Shown here: piece after piece, positions 10,025 through 18,772 of the stretch
Numbering within the stretch: position 1 is the stretch's first letter
Layout: each line of letters opens with the position of its first letter
Program-made: the position numbers and the translations under genes
Notes under the pieces: generated by a model
Seen by the model: the letters and a program-made list of their open reading frames with translations, nothing else
The model's database searches: none
Told to the model about the DNA's origin: nothing
Origin: an uncultured Methanosarcinales archaeon
Lineage (GTDB): Archaea > Nanobdellota > Nanobdellia > Woesearchaeales > CAXGTL01
Direction: 5' to 3'
Length of the DNA: 64,000 bases
Assembly (NCBI GenBank): GCA_964535955.1
Contig: CAZHVK010000001.1
Coordinates: 115,542-179,541, forward strand

Positions 10025-11053
10025 ATGATAAAAAATATTGTTTCAAGTGTTAAGGATAGAGGAATAATAGGGACGGGTAAAAGATTTGTATCTGTCTACC
10101 TAAATAAGATTCTATTAAAATATCCTGATTTAATATGGTATCCTGATGATCTAATGGTTGAACCATCTAGTATATGCAACTTAAGGTGCCCTTTATGTTC
10201 TAATAAAGATATGAAAAGAAAAAAAGGCTCAATGACCTATGAACAATTCAAGTATATTGTTGATAAATATCCTAGAAAAATAAAAAGAATGATTATTGGC
10301 AATAGTGGTGAGCCATTGGTTAATAAAGATGTTTTTAAGATGGTTAAATATGCATCTTCAAAAGGAATAAAAGTTAGTATACCTACAAATGCTACACTAT
10401 TTGATAAATTTAGTGTTGATGAAGTCTTGAATTCTGGTTTATATGGTACAAATATCTCATTTGATGGTGCATCTAAAAAAACATTTGAAGAGTATAGAGT
10501 TGGATCTAATTTTGAAAAAGTTCTGGAAAATGTTACTAAACTTTGTCATGAAAAAAGAAAAAGAGGTTTAAAATATCCAATAATTACTTTGCAGTTTTTA
10601 GTTATGAAACATAATGAGCATGAAGTAGAGGCTATGAGGGAATTATCTAAAAAAATAAAACCGGATTATTTGTTTTTTAAAAGTCCTGCTTTGTGGACTA
10701 CATTAACTGATGATAATAGAGAAGAGTTAGCTGAAAAATGGCTTCCATCTGATAAAAGATTTTGGAGATATAATAAGGATTTGATTATAAAAGATCCTGT
10801 TAAACTGTGTCCTTTTGTATTTGATAAAATAGTTATACTTTGGAATGGAGATGTCTGTTTATGTTGTTTAGATTTTGAAGGTGAATTTATATTTGGAAAT
10901 GTTTTTGAGCAGAGTTTTAAAGAAATACTTTGGGGTAAGAAAATGCGCAGGATCAGGAGATCTGTTGTTGACGGCAAGCTAGATTTCTGCAAAGAATGTG
11001 ATTTAGTCAATAAAAAAACTTTTGGTGAAATTGTTGAGTATAAGGACTTATGA
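10025..11053 (+). CDS. Radical SAM enzyme with a C-terminal SPASM/twitch Cys cluster
   Basis: The CNLRCPLCS motif is the CxxxCxxC radical SAM signature. The C-terminal CPFVFDKIVILWNGDVCLCC....FCKEC is the auxiliary cluster domain. Confidence 0.8.
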   Translation: MIKNIVSSVKDRGIIGTGKRFVSVYLNKILLKYPDLIWYPDDLMVEPSSICNLRCPLCSNKDMKRKKGSMTYEQFKYIVDKYPRKIKRMIIGNSGEPLVNKDVFKMVKYASSKGIKVSIPTNATLFDKFSVDEVLNSGLYGTNISFDGASKKTFEEYRVGSNFEKVLENVTKLCHEKRKRGLKYPIITLQFLVMKHNEHEVEAMRELSKKIKPDYLFFKSPALWTTLTDDNREELAEKWLPSDKRFWRYNKDLIIKDPVKLCPFVFDKIVILWNGDVCLCCLDFEGEFIFGNVFEQSFKEILWGKKMRRIRRSVVDGKLDFCKECDLVNKKTFGEIVEYKDL

Positions 11054-11082
11054 TTATGATTGATCTGGGATTGATTTAAGAT

Positions 11083-12729
11083 TCAGAACTTTAATAAACT
11101 TTTAATTCTATTTTTAACATCTTTTAGTATTTCATAATCTTCTTTATTCAAGCATCTAAATATAAGAATAAAGCTTACATAAAGAAATAAAAATAGTATA
11201 AATAATGCAGAAAGATTAAAAACAGTTCTTTGATCAATCATAGTAAATAAATAATAAACAATTGTGAATGTAACAGCACCTACAAATATAGTTTTAATCT
11301 GTTTTATTTGGAAAGGACTTATCTTTGTAAAATAATAAGATTGAATGCCACACAAGAATCCATAAATTAACAGACTAACAGATGTGGAAATTGCTCCTCC
11401 AACAATACCTCCAAATGAATCTGTTCTTGGAATCAACCAGTAGCTAAGGATTATGTTTACTACTGCAGCAATTGCTAAATTGATCATTAAATGTTTTGAT
11501 TTTTTAAGAACTTTTAATGTTTGTGCAGAGATATTAAAAATATGATAAATGAAATAACTTGCTGCTAAGATTATTAAAGGAATATAACCGGGAATATATT
11601 CAGAACCAAATAATATTTTTATAATTTGTCTTGCAAAAATTATTATTATTAAAACTAGTGGTAAATTAAAAACAAACACCCAATTAATACTTGTTTTGAA
11701 TGTTTTTTTAAATGAAGCAAAATCTTTTTTAGCTAATAATTCAGTCATCACAGGCAAAAATAGCACGACAATTCCTCCAGGAATTATAGAGATTAATGTT
11801 GCTGTAGGTAATGCTGCATTATATATTCCTACTTCTGCCTCTGTTCTAAAATAACCCATAATAAGTGTAGCTGTCCAAACCATTACTTGAGTTATTAATG
11901 TGCACATCATTAAAGGAAAAGAATATGATAAAATAGGATTCATTCTAAAATCTTTTATCTTGAAATGAGTTTGTGTTTTATTTGATTTTATTGATTTTAA
12001 ATCTTTTTTAGATTTCTTAGAGATAGGATCTAATAATTTGTTTTTAATAATATAAAATGAAATGATTGCTGTTGAGGCAATTGCAACTACATATCCAATT
12101 GCTGCACCAATTACTCCTAAACCAAAAAATAATAATATTAATGTAAACAAGACTTTAACAAAATTCTCATTGATGTTTTTTGTAAAAGAAAATGACTTTG
12201 CGTCTTTGATAGCTCTGATTGCTGCTAAAAATACATTACTTATAACTAGTAAGGGTATTGTGAGAGCAAGAATCTTTAAAATAGGTATTAGATTTGAGTT
12301 TTTGAAAAAATAAATAGAGATTTCATTAGAAAAAATGTATACTATACCTGCCATTATTACTGAAAAAATTACAGATATTCTTAGTGAATTGATAATAAGT
12401 GCTCTGATCTTGTTAATTTGTTTTTTGCCAAGATAATAAGAAACATATCTCAAAACACCTTCATCTAAGCCTAACAAAGAAATAAAACTTACAATTCCTG
12501 TTACTGCTAATGCTAAAGAAATAAGACCATATTCTTCTGTGCCTATCCTTGCAACAATCATACGATAAATATAACTTAATAATTTAGAAATAACCATTCC
12601 AATAAATACATAAAAAGCTCCTTTAGCAATGGTTTTAGATGCATGATTATGTTGATCTTTGCTTTGCTTGTCTTTGCTTTGCTTGTCTTTGCTTTGCTTG
12701 TGCTTTTGTTTATACTTTGTATTGGTCAT
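11083..12729 (-). CDS. Wzx-like oligosaccharide flippase (MOP/polysaccharide biosynthesis protein family) with an N-terminal (KQSKD)3 repeat
   Basis: About 12-14 TM helices of Wzx/MATE-like architecture. The start is conserved as AKGAFYVFIGMVISKLLSYIYRMIVARIGTEEYG. Confidence 0.7.
   Translation of the reverse strand: MTNTKYKQKHKQSKDKQSKDKQSKDQHNHASKTIAKGAFYVFIGMVISKLLSYIYRMIVARIGTEEYGLISLALAVTGIVSFISLLGLDEGVLRYVSYYLGKKQINKIRALIINSLRISVIFSVIMAGIVYIFSNEISIYFFKNSNLIPILKILALTIPLLVISNVFLAAIRAIKDAKSFSFTKNINENFVKVLFTLILLFFGLGVIGAAIGYVVAIASTAIISFYIIKNKLLDPISKKSKKDLKSIKSNKTQTHFKIKDFRMNPILSYSFPLMMCTLITQVMVWTATLIMGYFRTEAEVGIYNAALPTATLISIIPGGIVVLFLPVMTELLAKKDFASFKKTFKTSINWVFVFNLPLVLIIIIFARQIIKILFGSEYIPGYIPLIILAASYFIYHIFNISAQTLKVLKKSKHLMINLAIAAVVNIILSYWLIPRTDSFGGIVGGAISTSVSLLIYGFLCGIQSYYFTKISPFQIKQIKTIFVGAVTFTIVYYLFTMIDQRTVFNLSALFILFLFLYVSFILIFRCLNKEDYEILKDVKNRIKSLLKF
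12654..12705. repeat. 15-nt tandem repeat x3 (gctttgcttgtcttt) encoding (KQSKD)3 at the flippase N-terminus
   Basis: The repeat is directly visible in the sequence. Confidence 0.9.
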
Positions 12730-12794
12730 AATATTGCTAGAGAATAAGAAACAGTTTATAAATATTTAGTAAGTCAAAGCTTGGCAAAACCCTT

Positions 12795-13532
12795 TCAAAC
12801 CTCAAGCAAAAAGAAATAATGATATCTGTTTAAAGGGTTATTGTAAGTTTTTATTATATTAAATCCTTGTCTTTTGAATTCTTTTTTTATTCTTTTTAAT
12901 GAATTCCCTTTTCTACCAATTTCCCAATAATGATCTCCTTTAAATTTGTGTTTTTTATAGAGGGCAAATTGGAATTTTAGAAATTTCCTACCAATAATTG
13001 GCAAATCTGTGAAAAAGACAAATCCAATATGAGAATAAGGTAATGAAATTAAGACATATTTTTTTGCTACTTTTTTTATCCCTTGTAATGCTTTTGAAAA
13101 ATCAGAAAATGGTATATGTTCAAGTACTTCACAACATGAAACAAGATCAAATTTCTTATTTTTTAATTTTGTATTACTAATATTTCTTACATCACAAACA
13201 ATGTCTGGATCTAAAACTTTATTGATGTCTGCTGTAGTTACTTTTATATTTCTTTTTTTTAAATAATCTGAAACTGTTTTATTTCCACAGCCTATTTCTA
13301 AGACTGTTTTTAGTTTGTGTTTTGGTTTTGTTTTGGATTGTAGTTTTGTTTTTTGTTTGGTTCTTGTCTCTAGAATCAACCTAATTTGGTCATAATAAGA
13401 AATAAACCTTACTAAACTATCATAATTATCATAGTATGTTGATTTGTTATTGACTATGTTTTTATCTAGATTTTTAAATTGATTTTTACTTATGTTTTTG
13501 TATTTATTTTTAGATTTCATCATTAAAATCAT
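12795..13532 (-). CDS. Class I SAM-dependent methyltransferase
   Basis: Motif I is VLEIGCGNKTVSDYL with an acidic motif II downstream. A K-rich low-complexity insertion is present. The 5' end overlaps the AglB stop by 4 nt (ATGA). Confidence 0.6.
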   Translation of the reverse strand: MILMMKSKNKYKNISKNQFKNLDKNIVNNKSTYYDNYDSLVRFISYYDQIRLILETRTKQKTKLQSKTKPKHKLKTVLEIGCGNKTVSDYLKKRNIKVTTADINKVLDPDIVCDVRNISNTKLKNKKFDLVSCCEVLEHIPFSDFSKALQGIKKVAKKYVLISLPYSHIGFVFFTDLPIIGRKFLKFQFALYKKHKFKGDHYWEIGRKGNSLKRIKKEFKRQGFNIIKTYNNPLNRYHYFFLLEV

Positions 13533-16500
13533 ATCACAGTAACGTCTGTTAGATTAGCATGAACATAACTTTTTAACAAATACTCTGGTCTTTGAGTCAG
13601 GTTTTCTGGATAATCAATTTCCCAAATTTTTAGTGGGCCTAATAATCTTCCATTGTATGAAACAACATTGCCCAAATTCATTCCTGATTGTTGATTAATG
13701 CTTTCAATTGCTGGATGTTGTTGGCTTAAAGCTAGTTTGAATCCATCTGTAGAATATCTTGGATTTTGTTGTTCAAATAAGAAAAGATTAACCCATAATG
13801 AATGCAAAGCATCATGACCAAGATAAAGACCAGCACCATTAGGATTAAATCCATTGTTATTTATAGTTGGGATAATCATAAAACAATTATCTAATCCTGG
13901 TTCATCGAAATAAATTATGTTTCCCTGATAATAAAGACATTGTATTGGAACCTGAACAGGCTGTTGACCATCTTGAAAAAGTAATGTATATGGTTGAAGA
14001 ATTTGCATATCTGTTTTAGTTTGTCCATCACTTGTTGTTAATTTAATACTCTTAGTAGGAATATAAACATCTTTCACTGCAGAGACTCTTGCCGAATATT
14101 TGAAACCATTCCATTCAATATCTTCATCATTTGCTGCAATTCCTTCATAAATCATTGTTACCCCATCCCTTGTTTCTTTTGTTAATTGTGGATTATTATT
14201 AAAAGTAGGTATCCAAGTATATCTATCATAATCTGCATCTGAACCAATTGATGAATAAGCTCCTATTTTTCCTATTTCATCTGTTATAACCAAGAAGTGT
14301 GTTGCATTGTGCATGTTTAAAAATTCTAATGCTTCTGTTTGATCTTGTGCCATTAATGCATGCCTACCCATAAGATGGTTCCAATATCCAATCCAATTTC
14401 CACCATCTGTTACAGTGGTTCTTTCACCACCTGTCTGAACCCAATAACCATAATCCCACCAATGTGTGAATACTGCGTCTTCTGAAGTATTTTCCCTCAT
14501 CCATTTTCCTGCTAATTGCCATTGTTGATCATAGCTTGGTCCTGTAATCCTTGCCTGGCCCATGCTTTGTGCTGCATAATTAATTACAAAACCATTTTTA
14601 TTAATAAAAGGTGCTTTGTTAATAAGAGGGATTGCATTAACAGTAGATGCAAAAGGCCAAAATACTATGATTAATATAACAACTAAAAAAATCACTGCAG
14701 TAATTTTATATACCTTATCCTTACTATTCTCTAATAATTTTTTTGTTTGAGATATTAAGAAGAAAATAGAATAGCCAACCAAGATTGAAGTAATTGGTGC
14801 AAGCATCAAAATAAGTCTTAAAGCACTTCTTGCTGCAACTAACATCATAATAAACCAAATCATAATAAAAATATATTTTTTGTCAATGAGTTTAATTCTA
14901 CTATATTTTTGTTTGTCAAAATAGAATAAATAAAAATAAGATAATAATATTAAAATCACAAATGCTATAAAAGAACCAATATAAACTGTTTTTGATAAAT
15001 AGGTTTCACCATTCCAAACAGGGCTTTCTCTTCTATATCTACTCATTGTAAATAAAATTAAAAATAAACCATAGATAGTTGTGTAAACTAATGAATGAAC
15101 GCATAATGATTCCTTTTTAAGAATAGGTTTTAAAGTATAATAAAATAAAATTAATGCTCCTACAAAAAATAAAAGTATGAAAGGCCAAGTGAATTCACCG
15201 ATCCAATTGGTAAAATAAGGCTGATGAGATTCTGCAACTGTTAATCCCCATCTTGATTTTCCAAAAGGGTTTATCATGTCTGTAAAAACAGCATTGATTT
15301 TCATCCAGACAAAAGCAGGGTTAAAAATAATAGAAGTGCCTATTATTGATAATATTGCTGAGATTATTATACTAAAAATACCCACAGGTAGTTTTCTGCT
15401 TATTTTTTCTTTTATTTTGAGAAGATCTAATTTAAACAAAAGGAAATCAAGAATAGCAATTAATGAAACAAAAATGGCAAAGCTTGCACTAAATGATTTT
15501 ATTAATCCATAGATTCCACCAAATTTGTTTGTTATAAATCCCATCAATATAATCATTGGTATTACCCAAGACATTGATAAATAAAAATCTTTTTTAGTAA
15601 ATTTATTTAATAAAATCTCAACAAGAATAAAACCTGCAAATAACATCAAAGTAAAGTTAACACCACCCCAAGTTAAACCCATAAGGCCTGTTGCTATACC
15701 TGAAAATAGTCCTAATAAGATTATTTTCCAAAAAACCTTAGATTTCCAACCAATAATGAAAAAATAAAATGCCATGTACATAAGCATAAGACCAAGAGAT
15801 TCTTTATCAGAAAAACCAGCCATTGTTCTGTAAAGATAAGTTGGAATCACTGTAAGTATTAATGTTGAAATAAGTGCTACTTTTTTGTTGAATAAATTCT
15901 TTATAATTAAGAAAAAGAATATTAAACTAACAGCAAAACAAATAGGTGGGTAAAGTATATCTGCAAATTCAATTGTTATATTTGAATTGAATAAATTAAG
16001 AAATTTGTATAAATAAACAATAAATTTTGAAAGAAATACTGTTTCTCTATTCATATCAGCACCAAAAGGATAATATCTCATTACATCCATAGCATAAAGT
16101 TGTCCATATTCTACTATATATTTTGCATATCTTAAAAATAAGTGTGGATCTAAAGCTAAAGGTATATATTTATTTGTTGTTATATCTCTTAATAAAGGAA
16201 GATTCTGTAGTCTAACTGCAAGTCCTGAATTAATTATGTATAATAATGCAATGTAAAAATATTTTTTATAATAAATTAGAATAAATGATATTATTGGCAA
16301 TATAATAAAAAATGAAATATAACTAAATTTTGTTAATGGTAATGGTATAAAGATATCAAAAAAAAATAAACTTGTTTTTTGAAACTTATACAAATAATAA
16401 CCATATAAGATAATTAGAAAAAATAATGAATAAAATAAATTTCTTGAGTCTTTTTTGATGAATTCAACTAATTGTGCTTTTCTTTGATTAAAATCTAATT

Positions 16501-16738
16501 GTTTTGATTCTTTGCCTGATTTTTGGCTTTGTGATGTTTCTGATGACTCAATCGTTGGGACTATTTCCTCTTCAACTTCTTTTGTAAAGAAGTTTTTGAT
16601 TGAAGAGACAAGTTTTTCTTTTTTTTGGTTTATTGCTTGGTCTGATTTATCTATGATTGTATCTTTTTCTTTGTTTTCTTGTTTGTCTTCTTGTATATTT
16701 CCCATATTTTCTGTTTTTATTTCTTTATTTTCTTCCAT
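13529..16738 (-). CDS. aglB: Archaeal oligosaccharyltransferase AglB (STT3 family)
   Basis: 13 or more N-terminal TM helices, the catalytic WWDYG motif (THWWDYGYWVQTGGERTTVTDGGNW), and a large C-terminal periplasmic domain. Confidence 0.9.
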   Translation of the reverse strand: MEENKEIKTENMGNIQEDKQENKEKDTIIDKSDQAINQKKEKLVSSIKNFFTKEVEEEIVPTIESSETSQSQKSGKESKQLDFNQRKAQLVEFIKKDSRNLFYSLFFLIILYGYYLYKFQKTSLFFFDIFIPLPLTKFSYISFFIILPIISFILIYYKKYFYIALLYIINSGLAVRLQNLPLLRDITTNKYIPLALDPHLFLRYAKYIVEYGQLYAMDVMRYYPFGADMNRETVFLSKFIVYLYKFLNLFNSNITIEFADILYPPICFAVSLIFFFLIIKNLFNKKVALISTLILTVIPTYLYRTMAGFSDKESLGLMLMYMAFYFFIIGWKSKVFWKIILLGLFSGIATGLMGLTWGGVNFTLMLFAGFILVEILLNKFTKKDFYLSMSWVIPMIILMGFITNKFGGIYGLIKSFSASFAIFVSLIAILDFLLFKLDLLKIKEKISRKLPVGIFSIIISAILSIIGTSIIFNPAFVWMKINAVFTDMINPFGKSRWGLTVAESHQPYFTNWIGEFTWPFILLFFVGALILFYYTLKPILKKESLCVHSLVYTTIYGLFLILFTMSRYRRESPVWNGETYLSKTVYIGSFIAFVILILLSYFYLFYFDKQKYSRIKLIDKKYIFIMIWFIMMLVAARSALRLILMLAPITSILVGYSIFFLISQTKKLLENSKDKVYKITAVIFLVVILIIVFWPFASTVNAIPLINKAPFINKNGFVINYAAQSMGQARITGPSYDQQWQLAGKWMRENTSEDAVFTHWWDYGYWVQTGGERTTVTDGGNWIGYWNHLMGRHALMAQDQTEALEFLNMHNATHFLVITDEIGKIGAYSSIGSDADYDRYTWIPTFNNNPQLTKETRDGVTMIYEGIAANDEDIEWNGFKYSARVSAVKDVYIPTKSIKLTTSDGQTKTDMQILQPYTLLFQDGQQPVQVPIQCLYYQGNIIYFDEPGLDNCFMIIPTINNNGFNPNGAGLYLGHDALHSLWVNLFLFEQQNPRYSTDGFKLALSQQHPAIESINQQSGMNLGNVVSYNGRLLGPLKIWEIDYPENLTQRPEYLLKSYVHANLTDVTVI

Positions 16739-16744
16739 ATAAAA

Positions 16745-17305
16745 TCAACTCATTACACCTAAAAATTGATAAACAAATCTTTCTCTTAGTACTGTTAAAT
16801 CATAATTGTTTTGACTTTGAATAATATAACACATATTCTGTTTAAATATCTTTGATTCATTTCCACTTCTGATTAAAATAACTTCTGCAGAAGCGTCATC
16901 ACAATTAACCAAAGGAAGTTCATTATCTGGACAAGCCTTTTCTTTTATGCATGAAAATTGTGGCCGAATATTGTTTTGGTAAAACAAAGAAGCTAAATAG
17001 TTCATTGTAAAGCTTTTGTCAAGTTCTTTGTCCTCTTGATCATAAGCAAGATATATTTTTTGTCCTGTTATTGAAATAGGAGTTGAGTTCATCATTTCAA
17101 TATCTTTTGGCAGATAGTTAAATACCATCTTTTGATTGTTTATTGTCACATCCCAACCATTTTGTGAAGGGATGAATTTAAAACCATTATATTCTTCTTC
17201 ATTAGTTCCTGATGCTTTCCACATTCCAAAAACACTAAGTACCATAAGAATTAGAATAAATAATGCAACATTCTCTTTTCTTAAGATTAATCTTTTTTTT
17301 CCCAA
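16745..17305 (-). CDS. Hypothetical membrane-anchored protein encoded immediately upstream of aglB and probably co-transcribed with it
   Basis: N-terminal TM or signal anchor (LFILILMVLSVFGMW). No recognisable domain. Confidence 0.4.
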   Translation of the reverse strand: MGKKRLILRKENVALFILILMVLSVFGMWKASGTNEEEYNGFKFIPSQNGWDVTINNQKMVFNYLPKDIEMMNSTPISITGQKIYLAYDQEDKELDKSFTMNYLASLFYQNNIRPQFSCIKEKACPDNELPLVNCDDASAEVILIRSGNESKIFKQNMCYIIQSQNNYDLTVLRERFVYQFLGVMS

Positions 17306-17378
17306 ATTCTTTCCACCTAATAAAGTATTTGTTAAGTGTTGGAAGTATGATTTCTTTATAAAGTTTACTTTTTACAGT

Positions 17379-17487
17379 ATGTGCATGGTTCGTTCGTACT
17401 TTCAATGTGATACTATCTGCAATAGAAAGTCCTGACAGTCTTACGAAATAGCAGGTACTCTCTAGTCTTAACAGACACCATGCACAT
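17379..17487. repeat. Intergenic inverted-repeat-closed structured element, copy A (putative ncRNA or MITE-like)
   Basis: An 11-bp perfect terminal inverted repeat, ATGTGCATGGT ... ACCATGCACAT. Internal conserved motifs TCGTTCGTACTTTCAATGTG and GTCTTAACAGAC. The element is flanked on both sides by the direct repeat ACTTTTTACA. Confidence 0.6.
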
Positions 17488-17492
17488 ACTTT

Positions 17493-18743
17493 TTACAATA
17501 TGTTTTTTATAAAATATAAATACTTTGGTTCTTTTAATAGTATTTTTATCAGCAGAGTTGTTATGTAATCTCTGTCATATTTACTTAATAGTTTCTTTAT
17601 CTTAGGCTGATTTGTTAGTTTGAATAAATAATCATAATCCTTGTTTGTGAATTTGTCAAGTGTTTTTCTTATGATAAGGTGAAGTAATAAATCTTTGTTT
17701 AATAGCTGATTGCATAATTTTAGATAGGATTTATTATTTTTGATTGATTTTGCTAAAGCTTGTGCTGCTAATAATGACTGAATTATACCACCTGCTGTGG
17801 TTGCTTTGATTTGGGTTGCTGCATCTCCTATAAGATATAATTGTAGATTTCTCTTTTTCCTGTAAATCAGGGCTCTTGGATTGTATATAGGTATAAGCCC
17901 TGCTTGGTAGTCTATGATTATACTATTTTGTTTGTTTTGTTTGTTTTGTTTGTTTTGTTTGTTGTTTATTAATCTTTTTTTGTTATTGATTTTGATATTG
18001 TGTGTTTTCTCAATTTTATTGATAAAATCATTGAAGACTTTTTTTTGATTCTTATAACAAGCAATTCCAACTCTTGCAATTGTGTCTGATTCTGGGACAA
18101 ACCATGCAAAACCTTTTTTAAGAGGGTAAAATTCAAGAGTATTCTTATTTTTTATATTTATTTTTATCCTAACTTGGATACCTATGAGGAATTTAGGATA
18201 TAATTTATGATTAATTGCCTTTGAAACTATACTTTGTGGACCGTCTGCTCCAATGAGATGATTGGTTGTGCATAATAGATTTTTGTTCTTGGTCTTTAGA
18301 ACAATTGTTTTATGATGTGTATTTTGTAGACGATGAAACCCTTGAAAATTGTGATTTAAGTAAATTTTTACTCCCAAATCTTGTGCTTTTTTAGATAAAA
18401 ATTGGTCGAATTTAGCACGATCCAGGACCAAATTTGGTTGATTTAGTTTAATTGTGATATATTGAGTGTTTGGTGAAACAATCTTTGCAAATTTAATCTT
18501 ATTTTTAATTAAGTTTTTTGGTAATTTTATAATTTTATTAATAGAATTCGTCACCAAACCAGTACATTTGACAGGAATTCCAATATTATTGTGTTCTTCA
18601 AATACTGAAATCCTGTGATTTGTATTTTTTGCTAGTAAATATGCAGTATACAATCCAGCAGGTCCTGCTCCAATAATTGCTACATCTGTTTTTAATGTTT
18701 TAGATATTCTTGTTCTTGGTTTTTTTAATGGTTTTTTATACAT
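17493..18743 (-). CDS. Geranylgeranyl reductase family FAD-dependent oxidoreductase (archaeal lipid saturation) with an (NKQ)n insertion
   Basis: FAD-binding motif VAIIGAGPAGLYTAYLLAK and the GGR-family fold. The NKQNKQNKQNKQN insert is encoded by a 9-nt microsatellite. Confidence 0.8.
   Translation of the reverse strand: MYKKPLKKPRTRISKTLKTDVAIIGAGPAGLYTAYLLAKNTNHRISVFEEHNNIGIPVKCTGLVTNSINKIIKLPKNLIKNKIKFAKIVSPNTQYITIKLNQPNLVLDRAKFDQFLSKKAQDLGVKIYLNHNFQGFHRLQNTHHKTIVLKTKNKNLLCTTNHLIGADGPQSIVSKAINHKLYPKFLIGIQVRIKINIKNKNTLEFYPLKKGFAWFVPESDTIARVGIACYKNQKKVFNDFINKIEKTHNIKINNKKRLINNKQNKQNKQNKQNSIIIDYQAGLIPIYNPRALIYRKKRNLQLYLIGDAATQIKATTAGGIIQSLLAAQALAKSIKNNKSYLKLCNQLLNKDLLLHLIIRKTLDKFTNKDYDYLFKLTNQPKIKKLLSKYDRDYITTLLIKILLKEPKYLYFIKNIL
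17928..17966. repeat. 9-nt tandem repeat (tttgttttg) x about 4 encoding (NKQ)n within the GGR gene
   Basis: The repeat is directly visible in the sequence. Confidence 0.85.
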
Positions 18744-18772
18744 AGAGCATGGGTAAAAGAAAGAATATATAA

